Assembly: GCA_964436165.1 (NCBI GenBank)
Contig: CAYTBY010000003.1
Location: forward strand, 1 to 62,533
Direction: 5' to 3'
DNA: 62,533 bases
Source: an uncultured Candidatus Saccharibacteria bacterium
GTDB taxonomy: Bacteria > Patescibacteriota > Minisyncoccia > 2-02-FULL-40-12 > GWA2-44-9
Part shown: positions 19,079-28,389 of the stretch, piece by piece
Layout of the letters: each line of letters opens with the position of its first letter
How positions within the stretch are numbered: position 1 is the stretch's first letter
Program-made: the position numbers and the translations under genes
Notes under the pieces: generated by a model
What the model was told of the DNA's origin: nothing
Databases searched by the model: none
The model's input: the letters and a program-made list of their open reading frames with translations, nothing else

Positions 19079-19837
19079 CTAGCTAGGTCTTTTTGATTTA
19101 AAGGACTTTGCAACCGTAAGAATAAAAAGCAGCAAGAAAACAAAGAGAAGAAAGAGGAACTGAACATGAGGACTCATTTTGGATACCGGCCCCCAAAAAG
19201 CGAAAACCATCAGAAAATTTTTAATAAGGTTGCCCAGCATAACTAACAGCAGGCCTTTTCTGGACCCGGACAGACCGCAGACAAGAATAGTAAGTAATCT
19301 GGTACCCGTCTCCGGCACCACCGAAAAGAAAAACAGGCCCCAAAATCCCAATCTCTTCAATCGGATCACCATGGGGTTAAGATCCGATGTCGACCAGTGG
19401 AACCATTTAGCTACGAAATCTATAATTCTGTCCTTCAGATCAGTTTTGTTGACAAAAGGCACGACTGCGGCTTTGATTTCCTCTTTATTTTCTTCAGTAA
19501 ATTCAACGGCATCATGAACGATATCAACAGCTTCTTGGATCGGTTCATTTTTTTTAACCATCTTTACGGTTTGGGTTCTCAACCAAACTAAGAAATAATA
19601 GGCGTAGCATAACTCCAGCGTAGATACGGTGGAAGCTATAACGAATACCTGCGCAAGCGAAAGGTCGGGTATAAGCCAAGAGAGGTCGTATAGGTTGACG
19701 CCCCAGATAGAAAGCGCCCTGGCCTCAAGACTTGGGATGACTACCCAGTCCGTATTAAAGAACCATACAATCAGGGCAGTTAAAAAACGCCAGATATAGT
19801 ACCATTTGCCCTTATGCTTCTCATCCGATTGTGTCAA
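19079..19837 (-). CDS. Hypothetical membrane protein
   Basis: Several hydrophobic segments; FFSVVPETG loosely resembles small multidrug-export families. Confidence 0.6.
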   Translation of the reverse strand: MTQSDEKHKGKWYYIWRFLTALIVWFFNTDWVVIPSLEARALSIWGVNLYDLSWLIPDLSLAQVFVIASTVSTLELCYAYYFLVWLRTQTVKMVKKNEPIQEAVDIVHDAVEFTEENKEEIKAAVVPFVNKTDLKDRIIDFVAKWFHWSTSDLNPMVIRLKRLGFWGLFFFSVVPETGTRLLTILVCGLSGSRKGLLLVMLGNLIKNFLMVFAFWGPVSKMSPHVQFLFLLFVFLLLFILTVAKSFKSKRPS

Positions 19838-19888
19838 AGAACACCTTCTTTAAGTCAAGAAAAGACTAGTATATAATATATCAGAAAA

Positions 19889-20929
19889 ATGACTATTTAC
19901 CAATCACCAAAAATCATCATAATCGTCGGCCCGACGTCTTCCGGAAAGTCGGATTTGGGGATAAAAATTGCCAAAAGAATTCACGGAGAAATAATATCTG
20001 CCGACAGCCGACAAGTTTATCGCGGAATGGATATTGGGACAGGGAAAGCGACTAAAGATATGCATAAAGCTCAAGGTCTAAAGTCTAGGGCCGGAGATAA
20101 TTCTGGCCTTAGTCCTTTGGCATTAGACTTTAAGCGGTATTATTACTCTTCAGGCATCAGACATCATCTAATTGACGTTGCTTCTCCAAAAAAACAATTC
20201 AATGCTTCAGATTTCAAAAAATTGGGAGAAAAAGCAATCCGAGAGATCTTGGCTAAAAGTAAGATTCCGATTATTGTTGGCGGGACCGGATTTTATATTG
20301 ATGTCCTTTTGGGCCGAAGAATTATCGCCCAAATTCCGCCTAATAAGAAACTCCGCGCGCAATTCGACAAGCTCACTGCAGAGAAACTTTTCGAAAAATT
20401 AGTAAAACTAGACCCGGAACGGGCAAAAAACATAGACCGTAACAATAAACGCCGCCTTGTAAGAGCACTGGAAATAGTCATTACAACTGGCCAACCAGTA
20501 CCCTCTTCCAGAAGCAAGGCTTCTGGAACTTCCGGAAGCCTTGCTTCTGTTTTATGGCTAGGAGTAAATCCTGGGAAAGATAGACTAGCCAAGAACATTA
20601 AAAGACGCTTAGACGCACGCTTAAGACAGGGAATGATAAAAGAAGTGGTAAAACTGCACAAACAAGGGATCAGTTGGAAACGGCTGGATGATCTGGGGCT
20701 TGAATACCGATGGATAAGTAGATGGCTAAAAAATTCCAATTTTCAATTTTCAATTTTCAATCAATTTTCAAATTTAAATTTTCAAAAATCTGATGAATAC
20801 AAAAATTTATTGAGAGATATAGTCCGCTATTCAAAACGCCAGATGACCTGGTTCAAGAGAAATAAAGAGATACACTGGATAAAGAATCGGAAAGAAGCTG
20901 AAAAATTAGCCGAACATTTTGTCTCATAA
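19889..20929 (+). CDS. miaA: tRNA dimethylallyltransferase with two repeat-derived insertions
   Basis: GPTSSGKS, SADSRQVYRGMDIGTGK, GGTGFY and YSKRQMTWF motifs. Confidence 0.96.
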   Translation: MTIYQSPKIIIIVGPTSSGKSDLGIKIAKRIHGEIISADSRQVYRGMDIGTGKATKDMHKAQGLKSRAGDNSGLSPLALDFKRYYYSSGIRHHLIDVASPKKQFNASDFKKLGEKAIREILAKSKIPIIVGGTGFYIDVLLGRRIIAQIPPNKKLRAQFDKLTAEKLFEKLVKLDPERAKNIDRNNKRRLVRALEIVITTGQPVPSSRSKASGTSGSLASVLWLGVNPGKDRLAKNIKRRLDARLRQGMIKEVVKLHKQGISWKRLDDLGLEYRWISRWLKNSNFQFSIFNQFSNLNFQKSDEYKNLLRDIVRYSKRQMTWFKRNKEIHWIKNRKEAEKLAEHFVS

Positions 20930-20981
20930 TTGTTTCGTACGAAATAATTATGAGACAACTGATTTTCTATCCCCCAACTGT

Positions 20982-21203
20982 CTAGATCTTTTCCTTTGAA
21001 TCAGAGGGGCCAAGAATTACCGCATCAGAGGGTTCTTCGCGCTTTTTCATCTCATCTCTTAAGCCATGCTCACGCTCTCTGGCAACAAATTTACTGTGGT
21101 CGGACTCCTCCTTGGCCACGGCATTGCCTTCTAAAGACCTCTGCTTTCTCAGGTTCATCCTGGGCTGAAAGTTAGTAACAAGTTTTGCAAAAAATTTCTT
21201 CAT
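20982..21203 (-). CDS. Hypothetical protein
   Basis: 73-aa ORF downstream of gatB. Confidence 0.5.
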   Translation of the reverse strand: MKKFFAKLVTNFQPRMNLRKQRSLEGNAVAKEESDHSKFVAREREHGLRDEMKKREEPSDAVILGPSDSKEKI

Positions 21204-21207
21204 AAAC

Positions 21208-21363
21208 CTATTTTAATACACTTCTTATTTTATTTAAAGTGTAAATGACTAATCCTCCGATAATAACAATATCGTCATAGACTCCAAAAGGATTACTAAG
21301 GTAATAAAGACCGAACATTATGCTTAATCCAATAATCCATATATAAACAACCTCAATGTTCAT
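21208..21363 (-). CDS. Small membrane protein (51 aa; below the ORF-track cutoff)
   Basis: Manual translation MNIEVVYIWIIGLSIMFGLYYLSNPFGVYDDIVIIGGLVIYTLNKIRSVLK; exactly fills the gap between gatB and the next ORF. Confidence 0.55.
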   Translation of the reverse strand: MNIEVVYIWIIGLSIMFGLYYLSNPFGVYDDIVIIGGLVIYTLNKIRSVLK

Positions 21364-21366
21364 ATT

Positions 21367-23013
21367 TCAGCCTAATTTTTCTCTTAATATTTCCTCAACC
21401 ACTTGGGGATTCGCCTTTCCTTTTGTTTCTTTCATCGCCATGCCGATTAAAAACTTAAGCGATGCCTCCTTGCCGGCCTTAAAATCTTCGACCGCTTTTT
21501 GATTATCGGCTATGACTTTAGCCACCGCCAAGTTAAGTTCTTCGACATTAGAAACCTGCTCCAAATTTTTTTCTTTTATAATCTGGCCGGGCGGATTACC
21601 CGTCGCAAACATCTCTTTCAAAACCGTCTGAGCTCCAGACGAAGATACTTCACCATGGAACACCCGCACAACCAGATCGGCAAATATTTCCGGTGTTATC
21701 TTTGTATCTGACGCCTCGGCCGAAACCTCCTCGCACATTCTCTTTAATTCTGTAATCGTATAATTCGAGGCGAGTTTAAAGAGTTTATCTTGATGTTCTG
21801 CCTCTGGTTTCTTGAGATGATCTAATTTGTCGAAAGATAACAATTCACTTGCCACATGCTCATAGTAATCGCCGAGCGATTTATTTACCGTAAATACTTC
21901 AATATCGGCTTCGGGCAGATTATAATTTTTTTTAAATCTTAACTTCCGCTGGCTTGGTAATTCGAGTAATTCCATCCTCATTTCTTCAATCTGCTCTTTA
22001 GTGAATTTTAAAGGGGGTAAATCCGGCTCAGGAAAATACCTGTAATCATGGGCTTCTTCCTTGGAGCGTTGGCTGAATGTCTGTTTCTTAAATTCGTCCC
22101 AGCCACGAGTTTCTTGTTTAACCTTCTCCCCCGCTTCAAGCAATTCAGTCTGCCTTTTTATTTCATAATCGACAGCATCAGCCGCAAATTTAACTGAATT
22201 TATGTTTTTAATCTCAACCTTTGTGCCTAATGGCACCGCCGAATCACGCTGACCAGACGCAGAAACACGCTGACTTTCTGCCTTATTCTGCGTCAATTCT
22301 GCGTTGTTCAGCGGTCGAAGTGATATATTCACTTCGACACGCATCTGGCCCTTCTCCATATCAGCATCAGAGACGCCGAGATATTTCCAAATAAGCTGTA
22401 ATTCCGAAGCAAAGTCCCTAACCTCCTGGCCCGTCTCAAAATCAGGCTCCGTTACAAGTTCCATCAACGGCACTCCGGCTCGGTTGTAATCTACTAGCGT
22501 CGCTGACTCACGCTGACTGGACGCAGACTGTCGCTGAATTTTTATATTATTTCCGCGTTGTTCCGAGTTCGTCCCACGTTGTTCTGCGAGATTGGTAACA
22601 TGCACCAATCTACCAGCATCTTCTTCCAAATGAATACGAGTTATACGAATAAGTTTTTTTGTAATTGGTAATTGGTAATTGGTAATTAATTCCAAAAACC
22701 CATCGTAACATAGTGGTTTTTGATATTGGGAAATCTGATAACCCTTCGGTAAATCGGGATAAAAATAATTCTTTCTTTCAAAAAAAGTATCTTCGGCTAT
22801 TTTACAGTTTAAAGCCAATCCGGCCATTATTACCTTCTTAACCGCTTCTTGGTTGATCACGGGCAAGCAACCCGGGTGCCCCATACAAATCGGACAAACA
22901 TTAATATTAGGATGCTTCTCGTCTGGATCATTCAAAGAGTCACAGAACATTTTGGTCTGCGTTTTAAGTTCGGCGTGAATTTCTAGGCCTATTACTGGTT
23001 TATAACTCATCAT
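21367..23013 (-). CDS. gatB: Asp/Glu-tRNA amidotransferase subunit B with three repeat-derived insertions
   Basis: IGLEIHAELKT, RKNYFYPDLPKGYQISQ, DYNRAGVPLMELVTEPD and YRYFPEPDLPP motifs. Confidence 0.97.
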   Translation of the reverse strand: MMSYKPVIGLEIHAELKTQTKMFCDSLNDPDEKHPNINVCPICMGHPGCLPVINQEAVKKVIMAGLALNCKIAEDTFFERKNYFYPDLPKGYQISQYQKPLCYDGFLELITNYQLPITKKLIRITRIHLEEDAGRLVHVTNLAEQRGTNSEQRGNNIKIQRQSASSQRESATLVDYNRAGVPLMELVTEPDFETGQEVRDFASELQLIWKYLGVSDADMEKGQMRVEVNISLRPLNNAELTQNKAESQRVSASGQRDSAVPLGTKVEIKNINSVKFAADAVDYEIKRQTELLEAGEKVKQETRGWDEFKKQTFSQRSKEEAHDYRYFPEPDLPPLKFTKEQIEEMRMELLELPSQRKLRFKKNYNLPEADIEVFTVNKSLGDYYEHVASELLSFDKLDHLKKPEAEHQDKLFKLASNYTITELKRMCEEVSAEASDTKITPEIFADLVVRVFHGEVSSSGAQTVLKEMFATGNPPGQIIKEKNLEQVSNVEELNLAVAKVIADNQKAVEDFKAGKEASLKFLIGMAMKETKGKANPQVVEEILREKLG

Positions 23014-23051
23014 CTAAATTTATCACGATTTTTATCAACAAAGAAGGTCTT

Positions 23052-23189
23052 GCCCAGTAATACAACAAGCATATAACTCCCAGCCGACCGTAATTACCCT
23101 CAATCAGAATTCTCAATATAAGCACTGGGGTTAGCTATTGATTTACGCAGAGTCGTTATGGGAGGCCGATGCTTGTTGATATACTGGGC
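23052..23189 (+). ncRNA. Candidate structured ncRNA, copy A (138-nt rod-like hairpin)
   Basis: Long imperfect stem; homologous to 61453-61592 with compensatory changes; strand inferred only from G-U pairs. Confidence 0.6.
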
Positions 23190-23261
23190 TTGTTGCCACT
23201 TCTGTGGTTGGTATAATAACTAAACCTCTTACCAGCTACTTAACAAAAAGAGGGGTAAAAT

Positions 23262-24179
23262 ATGAAACAATACTTAGACCTACTTCAAGATATAAAAGAA
23301 AATGGCATTAGAAAATCGGATCGTACCGGCACCGGTACGATAAGTGTTTTTGGACGGCAAATCCGTTTTAACCTCCAAAACGGCTTTCCCTTGCTTACGA
23401 CTAAAAAACTATTCGTAAAGGGAATTATCCACGAACTTCTTTGGTTTCTTCGAGGAGATAGCAATATTGAATACCTGGTCAAAAATGGCGTAATGATCTG
23501 GAATGATTGGCCATATAGAGCTTACCTCCAAAAAACAAATCAGCCCGTTCCGGCGACGAACAGCGACGAGTGGAATCGAGGCATGCAACAGTTTGTCGAG
23601 AAAATTAAGTCAGATCAGGCCTTTGCGAAAACATACGGCCACCTTGGTCCGGTATACGGATACCAATGGCGGTCTTGGCCGGCACCTGACGGCCAGCACA
23701 TCGACCAGATCGCAAATCTTGTCGATCAGATAAAGCGTACACCGGATTCAAGACGGCTCGTTGTTTCTGCTTGGAACGTTGCCGACATTGATGAGATGGC
23801 CAAATCCGGCCTCCCCCCCTGCCATTGCTTGTTCCAATTTAACGTAGCCGACGGTAAACTTTCCTGCCATCTTTACCAAAGAAGTGCCGATGTCTTCCTC
23901 GGGGTACCGTTCAATATCGCATCCTATTCTTTGCTGACCTTAATGATAGCTCAAGCTACCGGTTTAGAGCCGGGAGAATTCGTCCACACATTCGGCGATG
24001 TTCATATTTATCTTAATCACCTTGAACAGGTTGATCTGCAATTAAGCCGTGAACCAAAACCGCTTCCAGTTATGAAAATAAATCCTCTGGTCAAATCAAT
24101 TTACGACTTCAAATACGAAGATTTTGAACTTCAAAATTATGACCCCTATCCGGCCATAAAAGCCCCCATAGCCGTATGA
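23262..24179 (+). CDS. thyA: Thymidylate synthase
   Basis: DRTGTGT, LPPCH and [18 protein letters not shown] motifs. Confidence 0.98.
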   Translation: MKQYLDLLQDIKENGIRKSDRTGTGTISVFGRQIRFNLQNGFPLLTTKKLFVKGIIHELLWFLRGDSNIEYLVKNGVMIWNDWPYRAYLQKTNQPVPATNSDEWNRGMQQFVEKIKSDQAFAKTYGHLGPVYGYQWRSWPAPDGQHIDQIANLVDQIKRTPDSRRLVVSAWNVADIDEMAKSGLPPCHCLFQFNVADGKLSCHLYQRSADVFLGVPFNIASYSLLTLMIAQATGLEPGEFVHTFGDVHIYLNHLEQVDLQLSREPKPLPVMKINPLVKSIYDFKYEDFELQNYDPYPAIKAPIAV

Positions 24180-24664
24180 AAAAAATATCCATCATCGTTG
24201 CCATAGATGAAAACGGACTTATCGGCAAAAGGAACGGATTGCCCTGGAAATTACCAGCCGATTTAAAACATTTTAAAGATCTCACCACGGGACACATTGT
24301 GATTATGGGAAGAAAAACCTATGAATCCATCGGCAAGCCGCTACCCAACCGAACCAATATTGTTATCAGCAGGAATCTGAATATTCCGGGATGCACCACG
24401 GTTAAGTCCCTCGAAGAAGCCACCGCGGCAGTTCCAGATGATCAGGAAATTTTTGTCATGGGCGGAGCTGAAATATACAAACAGTTTCTACCATTCACTC
24501 AAAAAATATATTTAACTAGAGTCTATCATAAATTTGACGGCGACATATTTTTTCCCGAACCCAATCTTTTCGGCTGGAAAGAAACTTCGAGGCAGGATTT
24601 TGAAGCTGATGCCAAAAATCCTTACAAATATTCTTTTCTAACTTTAGAAAGAACCCGCGATTAA
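24176..24664 (+). CDS. folA: Dihydrofolate reductase
   Basis: [13 protein letters not shown] and [19 protein letters not shown] motifs. Confidence 0.97.
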   Translation: MKKISIIVAIDENGLIGKRNGLPWKLPADLKHFKDLTTGHIVIMGRKTYESIGKPLPNRTNIVISRNLNIPGCTTVKSLEEATAAVPDDQEIFVMGGAEIYKQFLPFTQKIYLTRVYHKFDGDIFFPEPNLFGWKETSRQDFEADAKNPYKYSFLTLERTRD

Positions 24665-24701
24665 GCGGGTTTTATTTTTTGATTAAAATAGAAGAGATCT
24701 T

Positions 24702-25364
24702 TTAAACTTTTAAATTCAATAGTTCGCAAACATACTTCTTGGTCTCCTTGAATACCTCTTCAACTGGAAGTCTGCCGTCAACGACAACGCAATTTGGAAC
24801 TTTTTTAGCAATAGCGAGATAATTGGCTCGAACTCGTTCGAGTATGGGTCGTTGCTCAAACTTATCCAAAGCACGATTCTTTTTTCTTAATCTCTCAAGC
24901 GCCGTATCAACATCAACGTCGTAGATAAGGTTAAGATCCGGGACTATTAAGGGAACCCTGTGGTAATCAAACATTGCCTTTTGGACACTAAAAAAATGTT
25001 CCAGATCATTAATATTTCCTAGACCATAAGCGACAGATAGAAAGCCACGATCAGAAACAACATGGACACCGGCCCGCAAAACAGGCAGGTTTAAATCCTG
25101 ATATTGCATTCGGCGAGCAAGGAAATACTTACGCTGCATCTCAAGCTCTGCCAAATCCTCAAGTTTTATTGTCGGATGATAACCTCGCAAAATATCGTAG
25201 ATCTCAACTCCGACAGCATTGTTTGGCGGTTCTTTAGTAAAAACAACGTTAATATCCGGGATAGCAATTAAAAGTTCTCGGATCATCTTACATTGATCGC
25301 TCTTGCCAGAACCATCTATTCCTTCAAACGTAATAAATTTTCCAGGATATGGATTTTTTATCAT
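24702..25364 (-). CDS. tmk: Thymidylate kinase
   Basis: FITFEGIDGSGKS P-loop; SDR motif. Confidence 0.9.
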   Translation of the reverse strand: MIKNPYPGKFITFEGIDGSGKSDQCKMIRELLIAIPDINVVFTKEPPNNAVGVEIYDILRGYHPTIKLEDLAELEMQRKYFLARRMQYQDLNLPVLRAGVHVVSDRGFLSVAYGLGNINDLEHFFSVQKAMFDYHRVPLIVPDLNLIYDVDVDTALERLRKKNRALDKFEQRPILERVRANYLAIAKKVPNCVVVDGRLPVEEVFKETKKYVCELLNLKV

Positions 25365-25441
25365 CCCTGTCTCCGTTAATTAAAACGCCTCAAAGAGCTA
25401 TAAAATTTTAGCCCAATGCATAAAAAACAACAAGTGCATAA

Positions 25442-25861
25442 TTATGAATTAAGTTCAATTCTAGAAGCTTTGATATTCCCCTGAAGTAAGACGTTGAGGC
25501 CCTCATCTAATCTATAATTTGAAAAATGGTAAACATGAGCGGCGCCGGAATTAACGATCATCTTAGCACACATCTTGCAGGGTGATTGGGTGATAAATAC
25601 CACTTTCTGCGGGTCCATGATCGAACATTTTATCAAGGCATTGGCTTCGGCATGGATACAACCGCATTTTCCCGGTTCTGAAGAATCGCATTTATTGGCA
25701 AAGCCTTTAGCGTTGCCGTTGTAACCATAAGAATAAACCCTCTGAAAATCGCTGGAGGTAATGATACAGCCGACATTAAGCCGTTCACAAGTACTCCTAG
25801 TAGATAGGAGGAGGGCAAATTTCATCAGTACATTTTCAATCGGCTCTCTTTGTTTGATCAT
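25442..25861 (-). CDS. dCMP deaminase-family protein
   Basis: HAEANAL and SPCKMC zinc motifs; RSTC N-terminal motif. Confidence 0.88.
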   Translation of the reverse strand: MIKQREPIENVLMKFALLLSTRSTCERLNVGCIITSSDFQRVYSYGYNGNAKGFANKCDSSEPGKCGCIHAEANALIKCSIMDPQKVVFITQSPCKMCAKMIVNSGAAHVYHFSNYRLDEGLNVLLQGNIKASRIELNS

Positions 25862-26047
25862 AGTTATTAAATACTATCGGATATGGTTTAAAATTAAAAG
25901 TCAGTTTTTCAACAACCTAAAACACGCTAGGCGTGTTTTAGGATCTAAAATCTAAAGATCATTTCACCCCGCACCAATCTTTTCCGCCGTCGGCTGGACG
26001 AAGTCTGCCTTTGGCGAGACGCAATCCGCTGACCGCCGTTAAAAAAG

Positions 26048-26101
26048 GGGGTCAAGGCGAAGGTTTTAGAAGCGTGCTTTAGCCGCTTCTGGAATCGCCT
26101 C
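26048..26101 (+). repeat. Second copy of the GGGTCAAGGCGAAGGTT...GGAATCGCCTC element
   Basis: Central hairpin TAGAAGCG...CGCTTCTG. Confidence 0.7.
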
Positions 26102-26132
26102 CAGGATTGATGCGGGATTCCGTTCGCTCCGT

Positions 26133-26552
26133 TCACTTCACCTCAATCCCCATTGAGCGGGCGGTGCCTTCGACTATCTTCATTGCCGCATTAATATCGT
26201 TGGCATTAAGGTCAGCCATTTTTTTACCAGCGATTTCTTTAACTTGAGCTTTGGTTACCTTGCCAACCTTATTCTTATTCGGCACTCCCGAACCCTTTTC
26301 AATTCCCGCCGCCACCCGCAAGAGATAGGCCGCCGGAGGAGTTCTTAGTTTAAATTCGAAAGTCCTATCTTCAAATATAGTTATCTCAACAGGGATAACC
26401 TCGCCGACATTATTCTTGGTTGCTTCGTTAACCTGTTGCATGAACTGCTGAAGGTTAATTCCTTGAGGACCCAAAGCCTGACCAATCTTTGATGGCTCTA
26501 ACTGCCCACCAGTTACCTGAATCTTTACGATTGTTTTTATTTTCTTGGCCAC
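26133..26552 (-). CDS. rplK: 50S ribosomal protein L11
   Basis: IPVEITIFEDRTF and GTARSMG motifs. Confidence 0.97.
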   Translation of the reverse strand: MAKKIKTIVKIQVTGGQLEPSKIGQALGPQGINLQQFMQQVNEATKNNVGEVIPVEITIFEDRTFEFKLRTPPAAYLLRVAAGIEKGSGVPNKNKVGKVTKAQVKEIAGKKMADLNANDINAAMKIVEGTARSMGIEVK

Positions 26553-26556
26553 AATA

Positions 26557-26621
26557 GGCTTAAGGCTTAACGACTAAAGACTAAAGCTTCTGGCATTAGT
26601 CCTTAGACTTTAAGCTTTTAG
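26557..26621. repeat. 7-nt-periodic palindromic element related to the miaA insertion
   Basis: Shares TTCTGGC.TTAGTCCT...TTAGACTTTAAGC with 20065-20135. Confidence 0.65.
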
Positions 26622-27167
26622 CTATAATTTCTTAATCTGCAAGAAATCAAGTTCAACGGGAGTTTCTCTGCCGAATATCGTCACCAGTACTTTAACTCTT
26701 CCCTTCTCCATGTCAATCTCCGATATTTTGCCATCGAAATCTTTAAATGGTCCGTCAGTTATCTTGACCCTATCCCCAACTTCAACATCAATCTTATATT
26801 TTGGCTCCTCAACGCCCATTCTCTTCATAAGACCCTCGATCTCTGCGGTCGCTAGAGGGGTGGGAATAGTACCGGCCCCGATAAATCCAGTTACATTGGG
26901 CGTATTTCTTACCACATACCAGGAAGCGTCATCTACAACCATCTCTACCAAGACATAGCCCGGATATATTTTTTCTTCAATTGTTTCCCTCTTGCCGCCT
27001 TTTATTCTTATTTTCTTTTCTTTAGGAACAATTACGTTAAAAATTCTGTCCTCAAAGCCAAGCGACTCAACGCGCTGTTTGAGGTTTCTCATGACAGTAT
27101 CCTCATACCCAGAATAGGTATGAATGGCGTACCAGTGCTTTTCTCCAGTTGTGACTTGTTTGGGCAT
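26622..27167 (-). CDS. nusG: Transcription elongation factor NusG
   Basis: WYAIHTYSGYE, YPGYVLVEM and the KOW motif. Confidence 0.98.
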   Translation of the reverse strand: MPKQVTTGEKHWYAIHTYSGYEDTVMRNLKQRVESLGFEDRIFNVIVPKEKKIRIKGGKRETIEEKIYPGYVLVEMVVDDASWYVVRNTPNVTGFIGAGTIPTPLATAEIEGLMKRMGVEEPKYKIDVEVGDRVKITDGPFKDFDGKISEIDMEKGRVKVLVTIFGRETPVELDFLQIKKL

Positions 27168-27187
27168 TTTTGTTTACAAAAATGACC

Positions 27188-27284
27188 ATCCTCCGAAGCC
27201 TTGCTTGCACTCTGAAGCTTTCCCGGCCTTCGTAGCCGAAGCTACTTCGACGGAGTAGGCAGCGAAAGAGTGGCGAAGGAGGAT
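27188..27284. repeat. Triply nested CCGAAGC(T/C)/GCGAAGG palindromic element
   Basis: Outer ATCCTCCGAAGCC...GCGAAGGAGGAT, middle CACTCTGAAGCTT...AGCGAAAGAGTG, inner GCCTTCGTAGCCGAAGC...GTAGGC. Confidence 0.7.
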
Positions 27285-27321
27285 AGGCATCATTTTGATT
27301 TTTGATATTTGCATTTTACAT

Positions 27322-27507
27322 TTACTTTAACACAAAGGTATTAAGCCCCCACTGAAATATAAAATCCCAGGCACCCAAAAATAAAGCGATAAATAAACTC
27401 AATCCTAAAACTACCAAAGTATACTGAGTAGTTTGCTCTCTTGTCGGCCAAGCTACCTTTGAAAGCTCAACCCTAACGTCTTTAAGGAAATTGATGGCTT
27501 TGTCCAT
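27322..27507 (-). CDS. secE: Preprotein translocase subunit SecE
   Basis: ELSKVAWPTREQT plus one transmembrane segment; lies upstream of nusG; start placed at MDKAIN. Confidence 0.93.
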   Translation of the reverse strand: MDKAINFLKDVRVELSKVAWPTREQTTQYTLVVLGLSLFIALFLGAWDFIFQWGLNTFVLK

Positions 27508-27609
27508 GATTTTTGTTAAATACTTGTAGCCGATCACTACGCTCTTGGACAAGTATTTTAAAACGCCCCTCGGCGTATTAAGTTCATGATACTCCCATTA
27601 TTTAAAAAG

Positions 27610-28389
27610 TCAAATGGTTATAACTGAACCTATCTTACCTCCGCTTATCACTTTCTTTAAGTTGCCTTTTTCGAAAATATTAAAAACCTGAATCTCCCAC
27701 TTGAGATTACGGGCCAGGGCAACAGCCGCTCCGTCTATTATTTTTAAATCCCGATTCAAAAAATCGCTATGAGTAAGATGGGGTAACTTTTTTGCCTCAG
27801 GATAAACCTTGGGATCCTTATCATAAATACCATCGACTTTGGTACCTTTCAAGGTCATGTTAGCCTGAAGTTCGTGAGCCCGAAGAACCATCGCTGTATC
27901 AGTAGAGAAATTGGGGTTGCCAGTTCCTCCAGCCAAAATAACCACTCTTCCCTTTTCAAGATGCCTTATTGCCCGTCTTCTTATGAAGAGCTCGGCAAAA
28001 GACCTCATCTCGGTGGCGGTCATTACTCTTGTTTCAATATTAAACTTTTGTTCGAGTACGCCCTGAAAAACAAGGGCATTCATTGTCGTCGCCAGCATTC
28101 CCACGTGATCGCAAATAGCTGAATCATCCAGCTTGAGATCTTTCTGAATTTCCGGCCCTCTGACCAGATTCCCGCCACCAACCACAATCGCTACCTCGGC
28201 CGTATCAACCACCGAGGCAATTTCATTAGCTATAAAATCTATAGCTGAAGCTGAAAAATGGGTCTTGGAAGACCGTTCCCCAAAAACTTCCCCCGACATT
28301 TTTAATAATATTCTCTTTTTGATAATATTATGTAATGCAAATCTACAAATGACATGCAAATGCCGCAAATTAAGAAAGCGGATTAGCAT
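27610..28389 (-). CDS. pyrH: Uridylate kinase
   Basis: KRILLKMSGE, VVGGGN, GTGNPNFSTD and KVDGIYDKDP motifs; start uncertain. Confidence 0.95.
   Translation of the reverse strand: MLIRFLNLRHLHVICRFALHNIIKKRILLKMSGEVFGERSSKTHFSASAIDFIANEIASVVDTAEVAIVVGGGNLVRGPEIQKDLKLDDSAICDHVGMLATTMNALVFQGVLEQKFNIETRVMTATEMRSFAELFIRRRAIRHLEKGRVVILAGGTGNPNFSTDTAMVLRAHELQANMTLKGTKVDGIYDKDPKVYPEAKKLPHLTHSDFLNRDLKIIDGAAVALARNLKWEIQVFNIFEKGNLKKVISGGKIGSVITI

Noticed and set aside
23052-23189. THF or other riboswitch for thyA-folA
   Set aside because: No recognisable THF-riboswitch motifs. A TATAAT for thyA lies downstream of the hairpin, and the paralogous copy has an unrelated context.
25945-26136. ORF downstream of rplK (also 6403-6627)
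   Set aside because: These translate palindromic or antisense sequence and show no protein features.
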